Source: a virus
Virus record (IMG/VR): IMGVR_UViG_3300009550_000013
Coordinates: 7,335-71,334 of that record
Length of the DNA stretch: 64,000 nt
Strand: one strand, 5' to 3'
This document shows positions 18,119 to 26,258 of the stretch, one piece after another (the first letter of the stretch is position 1; each line of letters opens with the position of its first letter). Made by a program: the position numbers and the translations under genes. The notes below the pieces were generated by a model. It ran no database searches, was not told the DNA's origin, and worked only from the letters and a program-made list of their open reading frames with translations.

Positions 18119-18445
18119 ATGATTTACAGAAATTTTTTTAACGCATCAATCGATAATTTTTTTAATGATGTACATGAAAGCTGTCAAGCTGAAGTAACTA
18201 ATTTAGAATTAGCCTTACCTGGTTTTTCTAAAAAAGATATTAACATAGAAATAGAAGGTAGAACTTTAACTATTTCTTCAGAGGTAGAAAAAGAAAAAGA
18301 GACTAAATATATTAGGTCTTTTGAAAAATCTTATATTCTACCTTCAAATGCAGATGGCAATGCTCTTACTGCGAAAATGGAAAATGGTTTATTGACAATT
18401 GATTTTGGAAATAAATCTGAAAAAAAGAGTGTCACTATAAAGTAA
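18119..18445 (+). CDS. Small heat-shock protein (Hsp20/alpha-crystallin)
   Basis: LELALPGFSKKDINIEIEGRTLTIS...FEKSYILP...AKMENGLLTI. Confidence 0.92.
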   Translation: MIYRNFFNASIDNFFNDVHESCQAEVTNLELALPGFSKKDINIEIEGRTLTISSEVEKEKETKYIRSFEKSYILPSNADGNALTAKMENGLLTIDFGNKSEKKSVTIK

Positions 18446-18494
18446 AACCATAATATATCTGGGGTAACTTTTTAAAATAATTGAAAAAAGGTTG

Positions 18495-18540
18495 CTCCAG
18501 ATTTTTTTATGTCGTTTTTTATTCTTATATTTATACTATA
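18495..18540 (+). repeat. 46-bp dispersed repeat, copy 1 (probable promoter)
   Basis: CTCCAGATTTTTTTATGTCGTTTTTTATTCTTATATTTATACTATA; 44/46 identical to 23117-23162. Confidence 0.85.
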
Positions 18541-18572
18541 ATAAAACAAAAATAAATAAAGATAAATATAAT

Positions 18573-19058
18573 ATGAAAGATTATTTTGATAATGAATTTA
18601 ATAGTGAAGATTTTGAATTTAATAACGAAGAGTGGTTAAATAAAATAAATAAGCTATTTAATAATGGTGATTTAGGTAATAATCTAAATTCTGAAAATTC
18701 GTTTTTTAGCGAATTAGATTCATGGGACGATGCTAGTTATATTGATGATATAAACAACGTTGAAAAAATGGAGGAATTTAAAGCAGAAGATTTATTAGAC
18801 CCAGATAGCGCATTTTCAGAAATCATGAGAAAACTTGAAAGAATCAAGTTTGAAAAATCAATGAATGATAACTTTGAAAATATTAAGAAGCATGGGATTG
18901 ATGTTATAGAATTAAAAAGTAAATCTAAAGAAGATAGAAGAAGAGTTGTTGAAACTATCAACATAATGAATGAAACTTATTTAGAGCGCGAAGAATACGA
19001 GAAATGTCAGGTTCTTAAACCCATTTTAAATAAGATTAAAAAAGAGATAAAGATATGA
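18573..19058 (+). CDS. Protein with acidic N-terminus and C-terminal UVR-like motif (YLEREEYEKC)
   Basis: Start re-set to the ATG at 18573 (MKDYF); the listed TTG start lies inside the promoter repeat. Confidence 0.75.
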   Translation: MKDYFDNEFNSEDFEFNNEEWLNKINKLFNNGDLGNNLNSENSFFSELDSWDDASYIDDINNVEKMEEFKAEDLLDPDSAFSEIMRKLERIKFEKSMNDNFENIKKHGIDVIELKSKSKEDRRRVVETINIMNETYLEREEYEKCQVLKPILNKIKKEIKI

Positions 19059-19306
19059 AACATTTAGCAAATTTTGAAATGAACGAAGGGAATTCAAAAG
19101 CAGATTTTAATCTTAAAATAAGAGAGCTTAAAGAAAAGATAGATGATACTGAAGATAAACTAGATGATTTGACAGATAAGCTTAAAGATGTAAAAGACCC
19201 TTTAAAAAATGAGCTAATGACAATGACTATCCAAAAATTAGAATTTAAACTTAAAATGCTAGAAGTTGACCTTAAAATCAATAGAATAAAAAGATCGGAA
19301 GTTTAA
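19055..19306 (+). CDS. Small coiled-coil protein with MKHLANFE N-terminus
   Basis: Packed ORF with a heptad pattern. Confidence 0.7.
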   Translation: MKHLANFEMNEGNSKADFNLKIRELKEKIDDTEDKLDDLTDKLKDVKDPLKNELMTMTIQKLEFKLKMLEVDLKINRIKRSEV

Positions 19307-19307
19307 A

Positions 19308-19577
19308 ATGAAATACTTAAAATCATTTAAACTCTTTGAACATCAAGGCACTGGAGATTCCACTGGAGAAAATAACTCTCTATATAATATAAGAAACTTT
19401 AAAGGAAGTATAAAAGACTTTGACGATTATATAAAATCTAAGATGGGTGAAACAAATCCTTATAAAGATACTATAATGGTTAACGGACCACATACTGGTG
19501 AAAAGGACAATAGTCTGCCTTATCAAGATTTTCAAAATGGTAAATCAGACCTCGTAAATAATAGATATGGAAAATAA
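19308..19577 (+). CDS. Hypothetical protein with MKYLKSFKLFE N-terminus
   Basis: Packed ORF. Confidence 0.7.
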   Translation: MKYLKSFKLFEHQGTGDSTGENNSLYNIRNFKGSIKDFDDYIKSKMGETNPYKDTIMVNGPHTGEKDNSLPYQDFQNGKSDLVNNRYGK

Positions 19578-19809
19578 TAAACTCACACAAGAACTTTTAA
19601 AAAGTTTAAAAAGAATTGCAGACGCTTTAGAGAATTCTAATAAATTAAAAGAAGATGCTCAAAAAAGAACTGTAAAATTTGAAAAAATTCAAGAAAAGAA
19701 AGCTGCTTTAGAATTAAAAGAACTTCAAGAAAAAAGAAAAGTTACTCAAGTAACCGAGTTTTTTGCTACAAAAATAGAAGAAGACTCTAAACCTAAAGAT
19801 GTTGAGTAA
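19567..19809 (+). CDS. Hypothetical coiled-coil protein
   Basis: Overlaps both neighbours; LKRIADALE motif. Confidence 0.65.
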   Translation: MENNKLTQELLKSLKRIADALENSNKLKEDAQKRTVKFEKIQEKKAALELKELQEKRKVTQVTEFFATKIEEDSKPKDVE

Positions 19810-20611
19810 TTACTATGAAGTTCTTGGTTTAAAAAAAGGAGCATCTGATTCTGAAATCAAAAAAGCTTATAGAAAACTAGCAAAACAGCACCATCCTGAT
19901 GCTAACGGGGATGAAGAAAAATTCAAGAAAGTATCTGAAGCATACGAAGTTTTAGGAGATAAAACTAAAAGAGAAAATTACGATAGATATGGAAGTGCGG
20001 GAGGAAATCAGTGGGGAGGTTCCAATAATCCTTTTGGTGGTTTTGAAGATTTATTTAAAGAACATTTTGGTAGAGGGTTTTCATCAAGTGCACGAGCAAA
20101 GGGTCGTGATATGACTTTAATATTGACTGTAACTTTTGATGAGGCATATTTTGGTTGTAGAAAAAACGTAGACATGCCAGGAGGAGGTCCTAAATTAGCA
20201 ATGAACTTTAAGCCAGGTTTAAAAAATGGACAAAAATTTAAAGTTGCTGGAAAAGGAGGAGTAAACCCATACAATGTTGATGCACCTCGAGGTGATTTAA
20301 TTATTAATATTGAGGTTTTGCATGATGTTAGATGGATATTACAAGGAAACGATTTATGGTATGAATTAACTTTAGACTGGTATGATATTTTATTGGGTTG
20401 TAAAAAAGAGGTGTATACACCAGAAGGGCCTGTATTAATTAAGATACCTGAAAAAAGTATACCAGATAGAGTATTAAGAATAGCAGGAAAAGGTTTTCCG
20501 ATATATAATAGTAATAATAAAGGAAATTTGCTTGTAAAATTAAACCCTAATTGGGGAAATTTAACACAAGAAGATTTAGAATTACTTAAAAAAATAAAAG
20601 ATAAAAAGTGA
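19799..20611 (+). CDS. DnaJ-family co-chaperone (class B/CbpA-like, no zinc finger)
   Basis: NYYEVLG...[15 protein letters not shown]...AYEVL, G/F-rich linker, DnaJ C-terminal domain (GDLII, GKGFP, GNLLV). Confidence 0.93.
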   Translation: MLSNYYEVLGLKKGASDSEIKKAYRKLAKQHHPDANGDEEKFKKVSEAYEVLGDKTKRENYDRYGSAGGNQWGGSNNPFGGFEDLFKEHFGRGFSSSARAKGRDMTLILTVTFDEAYFGCRKNVDMPGGGPKLAMNFKPGLKNGQKFKVAGKGGVNPYNVDAPRGDLIINIEVLHDVRWILQGNDLWYELTLDWYDILLGCKKEVYTPEGPVLIKIPEKSIPDRVLRIAGKGFPIYNSNNKGNLLVKLNPNWGNLTQEDLELLKKIKDKK

Positions 20612-20856
20612 GTATATTTTTTGAAGATGGAGAACATGAAGATTTATTAAGTATGTTAGTTAATAATGAAGTAAATAATCCTAAAGTTTATGAAGAAGTA
20701 TATTTAGCAGTTATAAAAAATGAAGACTATGTACTTTATGGCCAATATCCTAAAGAAACAAAAATTAAAGCAGTTGAGTCTTTAATAGAATACTTCATAA
20801 AAACAGATGAATTTGAAAAATGTCAAGTTTTACATAAAATAAAAAATAAATTATAG
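20608..20856 (+). CDS. Small protein with C-terminal UVR-like motif ([11 protein letters not shown])
   Basis: GTG start overlapping the dnaJ stop; shared motif. Confidence 0.7.
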   Translation: MSIFFEDGEHEDLLSMLVNNEVNNPKVYEEVYLAVIKNEDYVLYGQYPKETKIKAVESLIEYFIKTDEFEKCQVLHKIKNKL

Positions 20857-21054
20857 ATGTTACTAGTAAGCAATAAAGATGGGAATATTGAAAAAGCTCT
20901 AAAGGTTTTAAAAAGAAAAGTAATTAAAACTAAGCAAAATCGTAAATTAAATGATAGAAAACAATTTACAAAAAAATGTGTTAAAAGAAGAGCTGAAATA
21001 GGTAAAGCTAAATATGTTCAGCATAAATTCAAAGATGGAAAATCTAAGAGATGA
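20857..21054 (+). CDS. rpsU: Ribosomal protein bS21 (Bacteroidota-type)
   Basis: NIEKALKVLKRKV...RKQFTKKCVKRR...KAKY. Confidence 0.88.
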   Translation: MLLVSNKDGNIEKALKVLKRKVIKTKQNRKLNDRKQFTKKCVKRRAEIGKAKYVQHKFKDGKSKR

Positions 21055-21138
21055 TATTATCATAATCTCTTAATTTATACCCCAGATCAAATACGGAAGG
21101 CCAACTTAAATATATAACATATAATAAAAATTATAAGT

Positions 21139-21399
21139 ATGTTACCTTATTTAAACAACGAAGACCATGATAAACTCTTATCTGATTCATACGAACTTCT
21201 TACTAAAAATTTAACGAAGAGCGTAAATAGGTTTGTGGTTTATAAAGAAGGTACTCAATCTATCGAAATACCGCATGGTATAGGACAAAGGTCTAAATAC
21301 ATAGACTTATTAATCAAACACTTTACAGAAAAAGAAGAATACGAAAAATGTTCAGTTCTTCTAGAACTTAAAGAGCTTGTTGAAATGGCAGGCGACTAA
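21139..21399 (+). CDS. Small protein with C-terminal UVR-like motif (HFTEKEEYEKC)
   Basis: Shared motif; preceded by AATATATA. Confidence 0.75.
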   Translation: MLPYLNNEDHDKLLSDSYELLTKNLTKSVNRFVVYKEGTQSIEIPHGIGQRSKYIDLLIKHFTEKEEYEKCSVLLELKELVEMAGD

Positions 21400-21413
21400 A
21401 AATAATATAATGA

Positions 21414-22109
21414 ATGGCAGGAAGTAACCGGAAAGGAGCTAGTTTAAAAACAAAAATTACAAACTCTCTCAAAAAAGTACAACTAAGAAGGTCTCAAGAA
21501 AATTATGTAAGAACTGTAGAAAATAATGAGATTGTCTTTTGTCACGGACCTGCAGGAACTTCTAAAACTTTTACAGCATGTTATTTAGGACTAAAGATGT
21601 TAGCATCTGGAGAAATAGATAAAATAATACTATGTAAGCCTCTTGAAGAAAGCGGAAAGAGTTTAGGATATATTCCTGGAGGAATGGATGAAAAGATAGC
21701 ACCTTGGGTAAAATCATATAAATCAAATATAGAAAAAATAATAGGCGTTGAAGAATGTGAAACTCTTTTTGAAAAAAAGGTTATTAGTTTCGAACCACTT
21801 GCATTTATGAGAGGAGATACATTTGATAGTGCGCTTATGATATTAGATGAAGCACAAAATGCTGAAATGAAAAGTTTAATGCTATTTATAACTAGAATGG
21901 GCAAAAAAAGTAAATGCATTGTAGCTGGAGATATTAATCAATATGACATCAAAGAAAATAAAGTTAGTCTTCCTAAATTTATAGAAATTATAGAGGGTGT
22001 CAAAGGTGTTGGCAAACATGAGTTTACCGAAGAAGATATTGTTAGAGCTAAAATTTTAAAAGATATTGTTAAGAAATACGATAAGTGGAAATATAATAAC
22101 GGTAAATAA
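21414..22109 (+). CDS. phoH: PhoH-family ATPase
   Basis: GPAGTSKT, LGYIPG, EPLAFMRGDTF, ILDEAQN, TRMG, GDINQYD. Confidence 0.93.
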   Translation: MAGSNRKGASLKTKITNSLKKVQLRRSQENYVRTVENNEIVFCHGPAGTSKTFTACYLGLKMLASGEIDKIILCKPLEESGKSLGYIPGGMDEKIAPWVKSYKSNIEKIIGVEECETLFEKKVISFEPLAFMRGDTFDSALMILDEAQNAEMKSLMLFITRMGKKSKCIVAGDINQYDIKENKVSLPKFIEIIEGVKGVGKHEFTEEDIVRAKILKDIVKKYDKWKYNNGK

Positions 22110-22133
22110 ACTTTTTACATTTTTTTCATATAA
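22108..22133 (+). promoter_or_regulatory. Putative promoter AAAC-N15-CATATAA
   Basis: Exact motif upstream of rnhB. Confidence 0.6.
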
Positions 22134-22138
22134 CATAT

Positions 22139-22771
22139 ATGGATAAAGCGATACAAATTAAGTTAAAGACTTTTTTAAATGAAGACCTAGTAGAAGTAGG
22201 CTTAGATGAAGCAGGAAGAGGAGCCTTAGCAGGTCCAGTAGTTACTTCTGCTGTTATAATGCCAAAAGACTTTAATCATCCTTTAATCAAAGATAGTAAA
22301 CTCTTAAATGAATCCCAAAGACAAGAGGCTAGAGAACTTGTATTAGAAAATGCAATAGCACATCAGACTTGTGCGATTGATGTAGATAAAATAGAAGAAA
22401 TGAATATTTTAAGAGCTACAATGGAGGGAATGAAAACATGTTTAGATAATATGTCTCGGGGATATGATGAGTTTGATTTTATTCTTGTAGATGGCGATCA
22501 GTTTAAAGGATGGAATGGTATTCCATTTAAAACAATAACAGGTGGAGATAATAAATACACTTCTATTGCAGCGGCATCTATTCTTGCTAAAACAGAAAGA
22601 GACTTAATTATGAAAAAATTAAATGAAGGTAATGAACATTATGGTTGGAATAGTAATAAAGGCTATGGTACCGCAGCCCATATTAAAGCTATTAAAGAAC
22701 ATGGTCCTACACCTCAGCATAGACATAGTTTCATTAGCCACATGTTAACCACAACTAATACTTTATTTTGA
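22139..22771 (+). CDS. rnhB: Ribonuclease HII
   Basis: GLDEAGRGALAGPV, DSKLL, ILVDG, SIAAASILAK, NKGYGT, HRHSF. Confidence 0.95.
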   Translation: MDKAIQIKLKTFLNEDLVEVGLDEAGRGALAGPVVTSAVIMPKDFNHPLIKDSKLLNESQRQEARELVLENAIAHQTCAIDVDKIEEMNILRATMEGMKTCLDNMSRGYDEFDFILVDGDQFKGWNGIPFKTITGGDNKYTSIAAASILAKTERDLIMKKLNEGNEHYGWNSNKGYGTAAHIKAIKEHGPTPQHRHSFISHMLTTTNTLF

Positions 22772-23112
22772 AAGGCCTCATAATAGGCATATCACTCTAC
22801 TTTTTAGCTCAAATCATGGTTTGGTTTCAGACTAACAGTCAATTTATATGGCCATGGGCTAAAAACAATCCTTTAATAATTTCAATGGTTTTTGGAGGGT
22901 TTACGACATACATATTTATTCTTGGAACAAAATTTGTTGCGGCACATTATGGTGGATTAGTTTGGCCAGGAAGATTTATAGGTTTTTCAGCAGGAATGTT
23001 AGTTTTCGCAGGTCTTACTTGGTTTATTTTAGGAGAAGCTATAAACTTAAAAACAATAATAAGTTTAATTTTAACAACATGTTTGATTTTAATTCAATTA
23101 TTTTGGAAATAA
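22768..23112 (+). CDS. Small four-TM membrane protein (SMR/DMT-like topology)
   Basis: Four hydrophobic segments; WFILGEAINLK pattern; TTG start. Confidence 0.65.
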   Translation: MKGLIIGISLYFLAQIMVWFQTNSQFIWPWAKNNPLIISMVFGGFTTYIFILGTKFVAAHYGGLVWPGRFIGFSAGMLVFAGLTWFILGEAINLKTIISLILTTCLILIQLFWK

Positions 23113-23116
23113 ATCA

Positions 23117-23162
23117 CTCCAGATTTTTTTATGTCGTTTTTTTTTCTTATATTTATACTGTA
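23117..23162 (+). repeat. 46-bp dispersed repeat, copy 2 (probable promoter)
   Basis: CTCCAGATTTTTTTATGTCGTTTTTTTTTCTTATATTTATACTGTA. Confidence 0.85.
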
Positions 23163-23198
23163 GTTAATTAATAATAACAACCTTTAAATATAATAAAC

Positions 23199-23435
23199 AT
23201 GAACAAAACTGATAAAATGAACCCAACCGTTAAACACTTTTTAGACCAAATAAGAAAAGGTCAATATAAAGCAGCCGCTCAAATTTACTTTAATAGAGCT
23301 TATCAATATCAAAAAGAATTCAATGAAATTCTAGATAACTGTTTTCTCGATCCCTATTATAACGGTGTAAAAGAAGTTGTTATGTTAGAACTAGAAAATT
23401 TAGAAGGTTATGGAGAACATAACGACCAAATATAA
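23199..23435 (+). CDS. Hypothetical protein
   Basis: First ORF after the promoter repeat; A-rich leader. Confidence 0.65.
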   Translation: MNKTDKMNPTVKHFLDQIRKGQYKAAAQIYFNRAYQYQKEFNEILDNCFLDPYYNGVKEVVMLELENLEGYGEHNDQI

Positions 23436-23440
23436 TAAAA

Positions 23441-23614
23441 ATGCTAGAAAATTTAAACGAAAGAGAACAAAAAATAGTCAAAGAATATTCTAGACTACAC
23501 CAAGAGTTAGCTCAAATAACAAAAACAATGGACTTGCTCAAAAAAAAATCTAATGAAATATTAGAGGATTTAGAAAAATTAAGAAAATACGAAAAAGAGA
23601 CAAATGACCGTTAA
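23441..23614 (+). CDS. Small coiled-coil hypothetical protein (57 aa, not in the ORF track)
   Basis: MLENLNEREQKIVKEYSRLHQELAQ...; fills the gap and overlaps the next start. Confidence 0.6.
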   Translation: MLENLNEREQKIVKEYSRLHQELAQITKTMDLLKKKSNEILEDLEKLRKYEKETNDR

Positions 23615-23870
23615 AGAACAAAGAGAAATATTGTTTCAAGAAATAGAGAAACATTTTATGGTAGAAGATTTTTTAGAATCTATACAAGCCAACGTTGAAT
23701 CTCCTGGAGAAAAAGAGTTAGATATGCTTTGGAGATGGCTCATTAAAAGAAAGCAATTTTCTCGAGTAATTGCTAAAGGGCAGCCTATAACTAGAATTCA
23801 TCTAGCAATGTTTATTAAATATCGATATAATGATAGTTGGTATATGGACTTTCAAAAAACTAAATCATAA
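23604..23870 (+). CDS. Hypothetical protein
   Basis: Packed ORF. Confidence 0.65.
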   Translation: MTVKEQREILFQEIEKHFMVEDFLESIQANVESPGEKELDMLWRWLIKRKQFSRVIAKGQPITRIHLAMFIKYRYNDSWYMDFQKTKS

Positions 23871-24097
23871 TGGCAGAACCAAGACCACCAATAGTTGTAA
23901 TTTACAAAAAAAGCGAAAGGGCTAACAAGAAATATATGACCGTTATTTATAACAGAAATATAGATGATGTCATAACTAAAAAAAGAAAGCCTTTAATCGA
24001 TAATAACTTTGTAATAGAGGATATCGGTGTGGGCACATTCTTTATTAAGGAATACATGAAACAACATAAATTAAATAAATATAATAAAATAAAGTAA
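23870..24097 (+). CDS. Hypothetical protein
   Basis: Stop/start overlap (TAATG). Confidence 0.65.
   Translation: MAEPRPPIVVIYKKSERANKKYMTVIYNRNIDDVITKKRKPLIDNNFVIEDIGVGTFFIKEYMKQHKLNKYNKIK
24059..24084 (+). promoter_or_regulatory. Putative promoter AAAC-N15-AATATAA
   Basis: Variant of the recurrent motif upstream of 24100. Confidence 0.45.
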
Positions 24098-24099
24098 CT

Positions 24100-24411
24100 A
24101 TGATGAAAGAAAGCGATTTGAAATACCTTAACCATCTACATTATGTGTTAGATGAAACTGTTGAAAATTTAGAATCTGTAAAAAATGCTAAAAAAGATTT
24201 TATTGAAGAACAAGAGCGTTCATGGACTAGAAAAGGTTCTAGAGCAGATGGTAATTTAAGATTTAAAAACTTCATAGAAAAAAACCCTGATTCAGAATCT
24301 GCTAAAAGACTTAACAGTTTTGAAAAAAGACAAAGACATTTGGTTAAAGAAATAGATAGACAGAAGAATTACATAAAAGACTTTGAATCTAAAAAAGAAT
24401 CATCATGCTAA
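24100..24411 (+). CDS. Hypothetical protein
   Basis: Packed ORF. Confidence 0.65.
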   Translation: MMKESDLKYLNHLHYVLDETVENLESVKNAKKDFIEEQERSWTRKGSRADGNLRFKNFIEKNPDSESAKRLNSFEKRQRHLVKEIDRQKNYIKDFESKKESSC

Positions 24412-24635
24412 CTATATTATTGACATATATTTCTCTTGGAATTCTATTTAATTTATTTATAGACTTTCTTGTATGGCTTTTCTTTAAATTAGAAGTGTTA
24501 CCTTTAGATGATGCTGAATTTATTCCATGGGATACTAGAACTAAATTTTGGGTAACATTTGCGTGGCCTCTAGTTATGGGTTTTCTATTGCTATGTATAT
24601 TTATTAAACCATCAAAAAAAGAAAATAATGAATAA
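24405..24635 (+). CDS. Small two-TM membrane protein
   Basis: Two hydrophobic segments with a WP motif. Confidence 0.6.
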   Translation: MLTILLTYISLGILFNLFIDFLVWLFFKLEVLPLDDAEFIPWDTRTKFWVTFAWPLVMGFLLLCIFIKPSKKENNE

Positions 24636-25584
24636 AGTAAATTTAGGATATTGCTGCATAAACCTTACATTAGGTGAAAAAGGTATTAAAGTTGGCAGAA
24701 GTATGATTAAAAAGACGTTTCATGAAAAAGGTCTTGAATATGCAGGTGAATTGGCACTCCAAAACGTGAGAGACCTTGTTGAAATTATTAAATGGAATAA
24801 TTCAAATGGTGTAAAGCTGTACCGAATGTCAAGCAATATGTTTCCATGGATGTCTGAGTACGAACTTAAAGACCTTCCTACATATTACAGAATTAAAAAT
24901 TTATTGATAGGTGCTGGTCATATTGCTAGAAAAAACGGGCAGCGAATTACTTTTCATCCAGGTCATTTTTGTGTTATTGCAAGTTTAAACCCTGAAGTTG
25001 TTAAAAAATCTATGAAAGAACTTAACCAACATGGAGAAATAATGGACTTAATGGGACTTCCTAGAACTCATGCATTTCCTATCAATGTTCATATTAATAG
25101 TGCACAAGGAGGTAAAGAAGCAGCAATGAGAAGATTTTGTAATTCTTTCATCATGTTGGACGAATCTGTACAAAAAAGACTTGTTGTAGAAAATGACGAT
25201 AAAAAAGCACAGTATTCTGTGAAAGACCTTAAAGAAGGAATCAGTGATGTTATTGGCTGTCCAGTAATGTTTGACTACCACCATCATTGGTGTTATGAAG
25301 ACCCAATGCCAGTAAAGGAAGCATTTGAACTTGCACGTTCTACTTGGCCTACTGATATTACGCAGTGTACTCATTATAGTTCATGTAAGAAATTACATGA
25401 AGATACTAGTGTTATGAATCGTGCGCACGCTGATTATATTTATGAAGACATTCCAACCTTTGGTTATGATGTTGACGTTGAATTAGAAGCAAAAGCCAAA
25501 GAGCTTGCTTTTATCATGTATCGAAAAAAAGAATTTCCTATGTCAATATCTTCTATCGATCCTATGTTAGTAGACCAATACTAA
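24628..25584 (+). CDS. uvsE: UV damage endonuclease UvsE/UVDE
   Basis: LGYCCIN, YRMSS, RITFHPGHF, LVVENDD, FDYHHH, HYSS, AHADY, ELEAKAKE. Confidence 0.93.
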   Translation: MNKVNLGYCCINLTLGEKGIKVGRSMIKKTFHEKGLEYAGELALQNVRDLVEIIKWNNSNGVKLYRMSSNMFPWMSEYELKDLPTYYRIKNLLIGAGHIARKNGQRITFHPGHFCVIASLNPEVVKKSMKELNQHGEIMDLMGLPRTHAFPINVHINSAQGGKEAAMRRFCNSFIMLDESVQKRLVVENDDKKAQYSVKDLKEGISDVIGCPVMFDYHHHWCYEDPMPVKEAFELARSTWPTDITQCTHYSSCKKLHEDTSVMNRAHADYIYEDIPTFGYDVDVELEAKAKELAFIMYRKKEFPMSISSIDPMLVDQY

Positions 25585-25604
25585 AATATTAATATAATAT
25601 AAGG

Positions 25605-25612
25605 GATATATA
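25605..25612 (+). promoter_or_regulatory. Putative late promoter GATATATA
   Basis: Upstream of 25641. Confidence 0.5.
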
Positions 25613-25640
25613 ATATCTAAACGTAAAAAGAAATAATAAC

Positions 25641-26186
25641 ATGGAACGTACAGAAACAAAAGTATTATCGTTTGAAGAATATTCATCTAGAAATTCTACA
25701 GCGACTGAAGAAACAGAAGAAATCAACGGTGATGTTGAATCTACAGATGAACTAGAAGAGACTGAAGAAGATGAACTAGAAGAGACTGAAGAAGAAGTAG
25801 AAGAGGCTGAGGATGATGAAGACAATATCTCAGAAACAAAAACAGTAGCTGAAATGATGGAAGCTATGAAAGAAGCTATGAAATCTGAAGCAAAAGCTTA
25901 CGAGGCTGATGACTATGATGAACATACTATAGAAGCTTATTTAAAAGAAACTGCTGCTCTAGTAGGAGGAAACGCTGCAGATGCATTAGAAGAAATGCAT
26001 GATACCGATGAAGACTATACTAAAGAAGCTTACGAAGGAACTTTAAATGCTATGAAAGAGGCATACGCTAAAAAAATAGATGAGGCATGCGAAGCTTATA
26101 AAGCTGAAGGAACTGAAATTAAAGAAACTGAAGACGAAGCTGAACCTAAAGTAAATGATAGCGCTGAGGAAGAATTAGAAGATTAA
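25641..26186 (+). CDS. Highly acidic protein (possible prohead core or internal protein)
   Basis: Very Glu/Asp-rich; KVLSFEEY N-terminal motif; 24-bp tandem duplication at 25746-25793. Confidence 0.75.
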   Translation: MERTETKVLSFEEYSSRNSTATEETEEINGDVESTDELEETEEDELEETEEEVEEAEDDEDNISETKTVAEMMEAMKEAMKSEAKAYEADDYDEHTIEAYLKETAALVGGNAADALEEMHDTDEDYTKEAYEGTLNAMKEAYAKKIDEACEAYKAEGTEIKETEDEAEPKVNDSAEEELED

Positions 26187-26202
26187 TAATTACACAGTAT
26201 AT

Positions 26203-26228
26203 AAACAAATGAAAAGCTAGCTATATAA
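26203..26228 (+). promoter_or_regulatory. Putative promoter AAAC-N15-TATATAA
   Basis: Motif class upstream of the dCMP deaminase gene; overlaps a hairpin. Confidence 0.5.
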
Positions 26229-26246
26229 ATTATAGTTAGCTTTTTT
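26212..26246 (+). terminator. Hairpin plus T run, probable terminator
   Basis: AAAAGCTAGCTATA-taaat-TATAGTTAGCTTTTTT. Confidence 0.55.
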
Positions 26247-26258
26247 AATATAAAGAAT

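Noticed and set aside
18492-18572. Listed N-terminal extension (TTG start) of the 188-aa ORF
   Set aside because: It runs through the 46-bp promoter repeat; the ATG at 18573 is more plausible. The same reasoning applies to the 14852-14929 extension.
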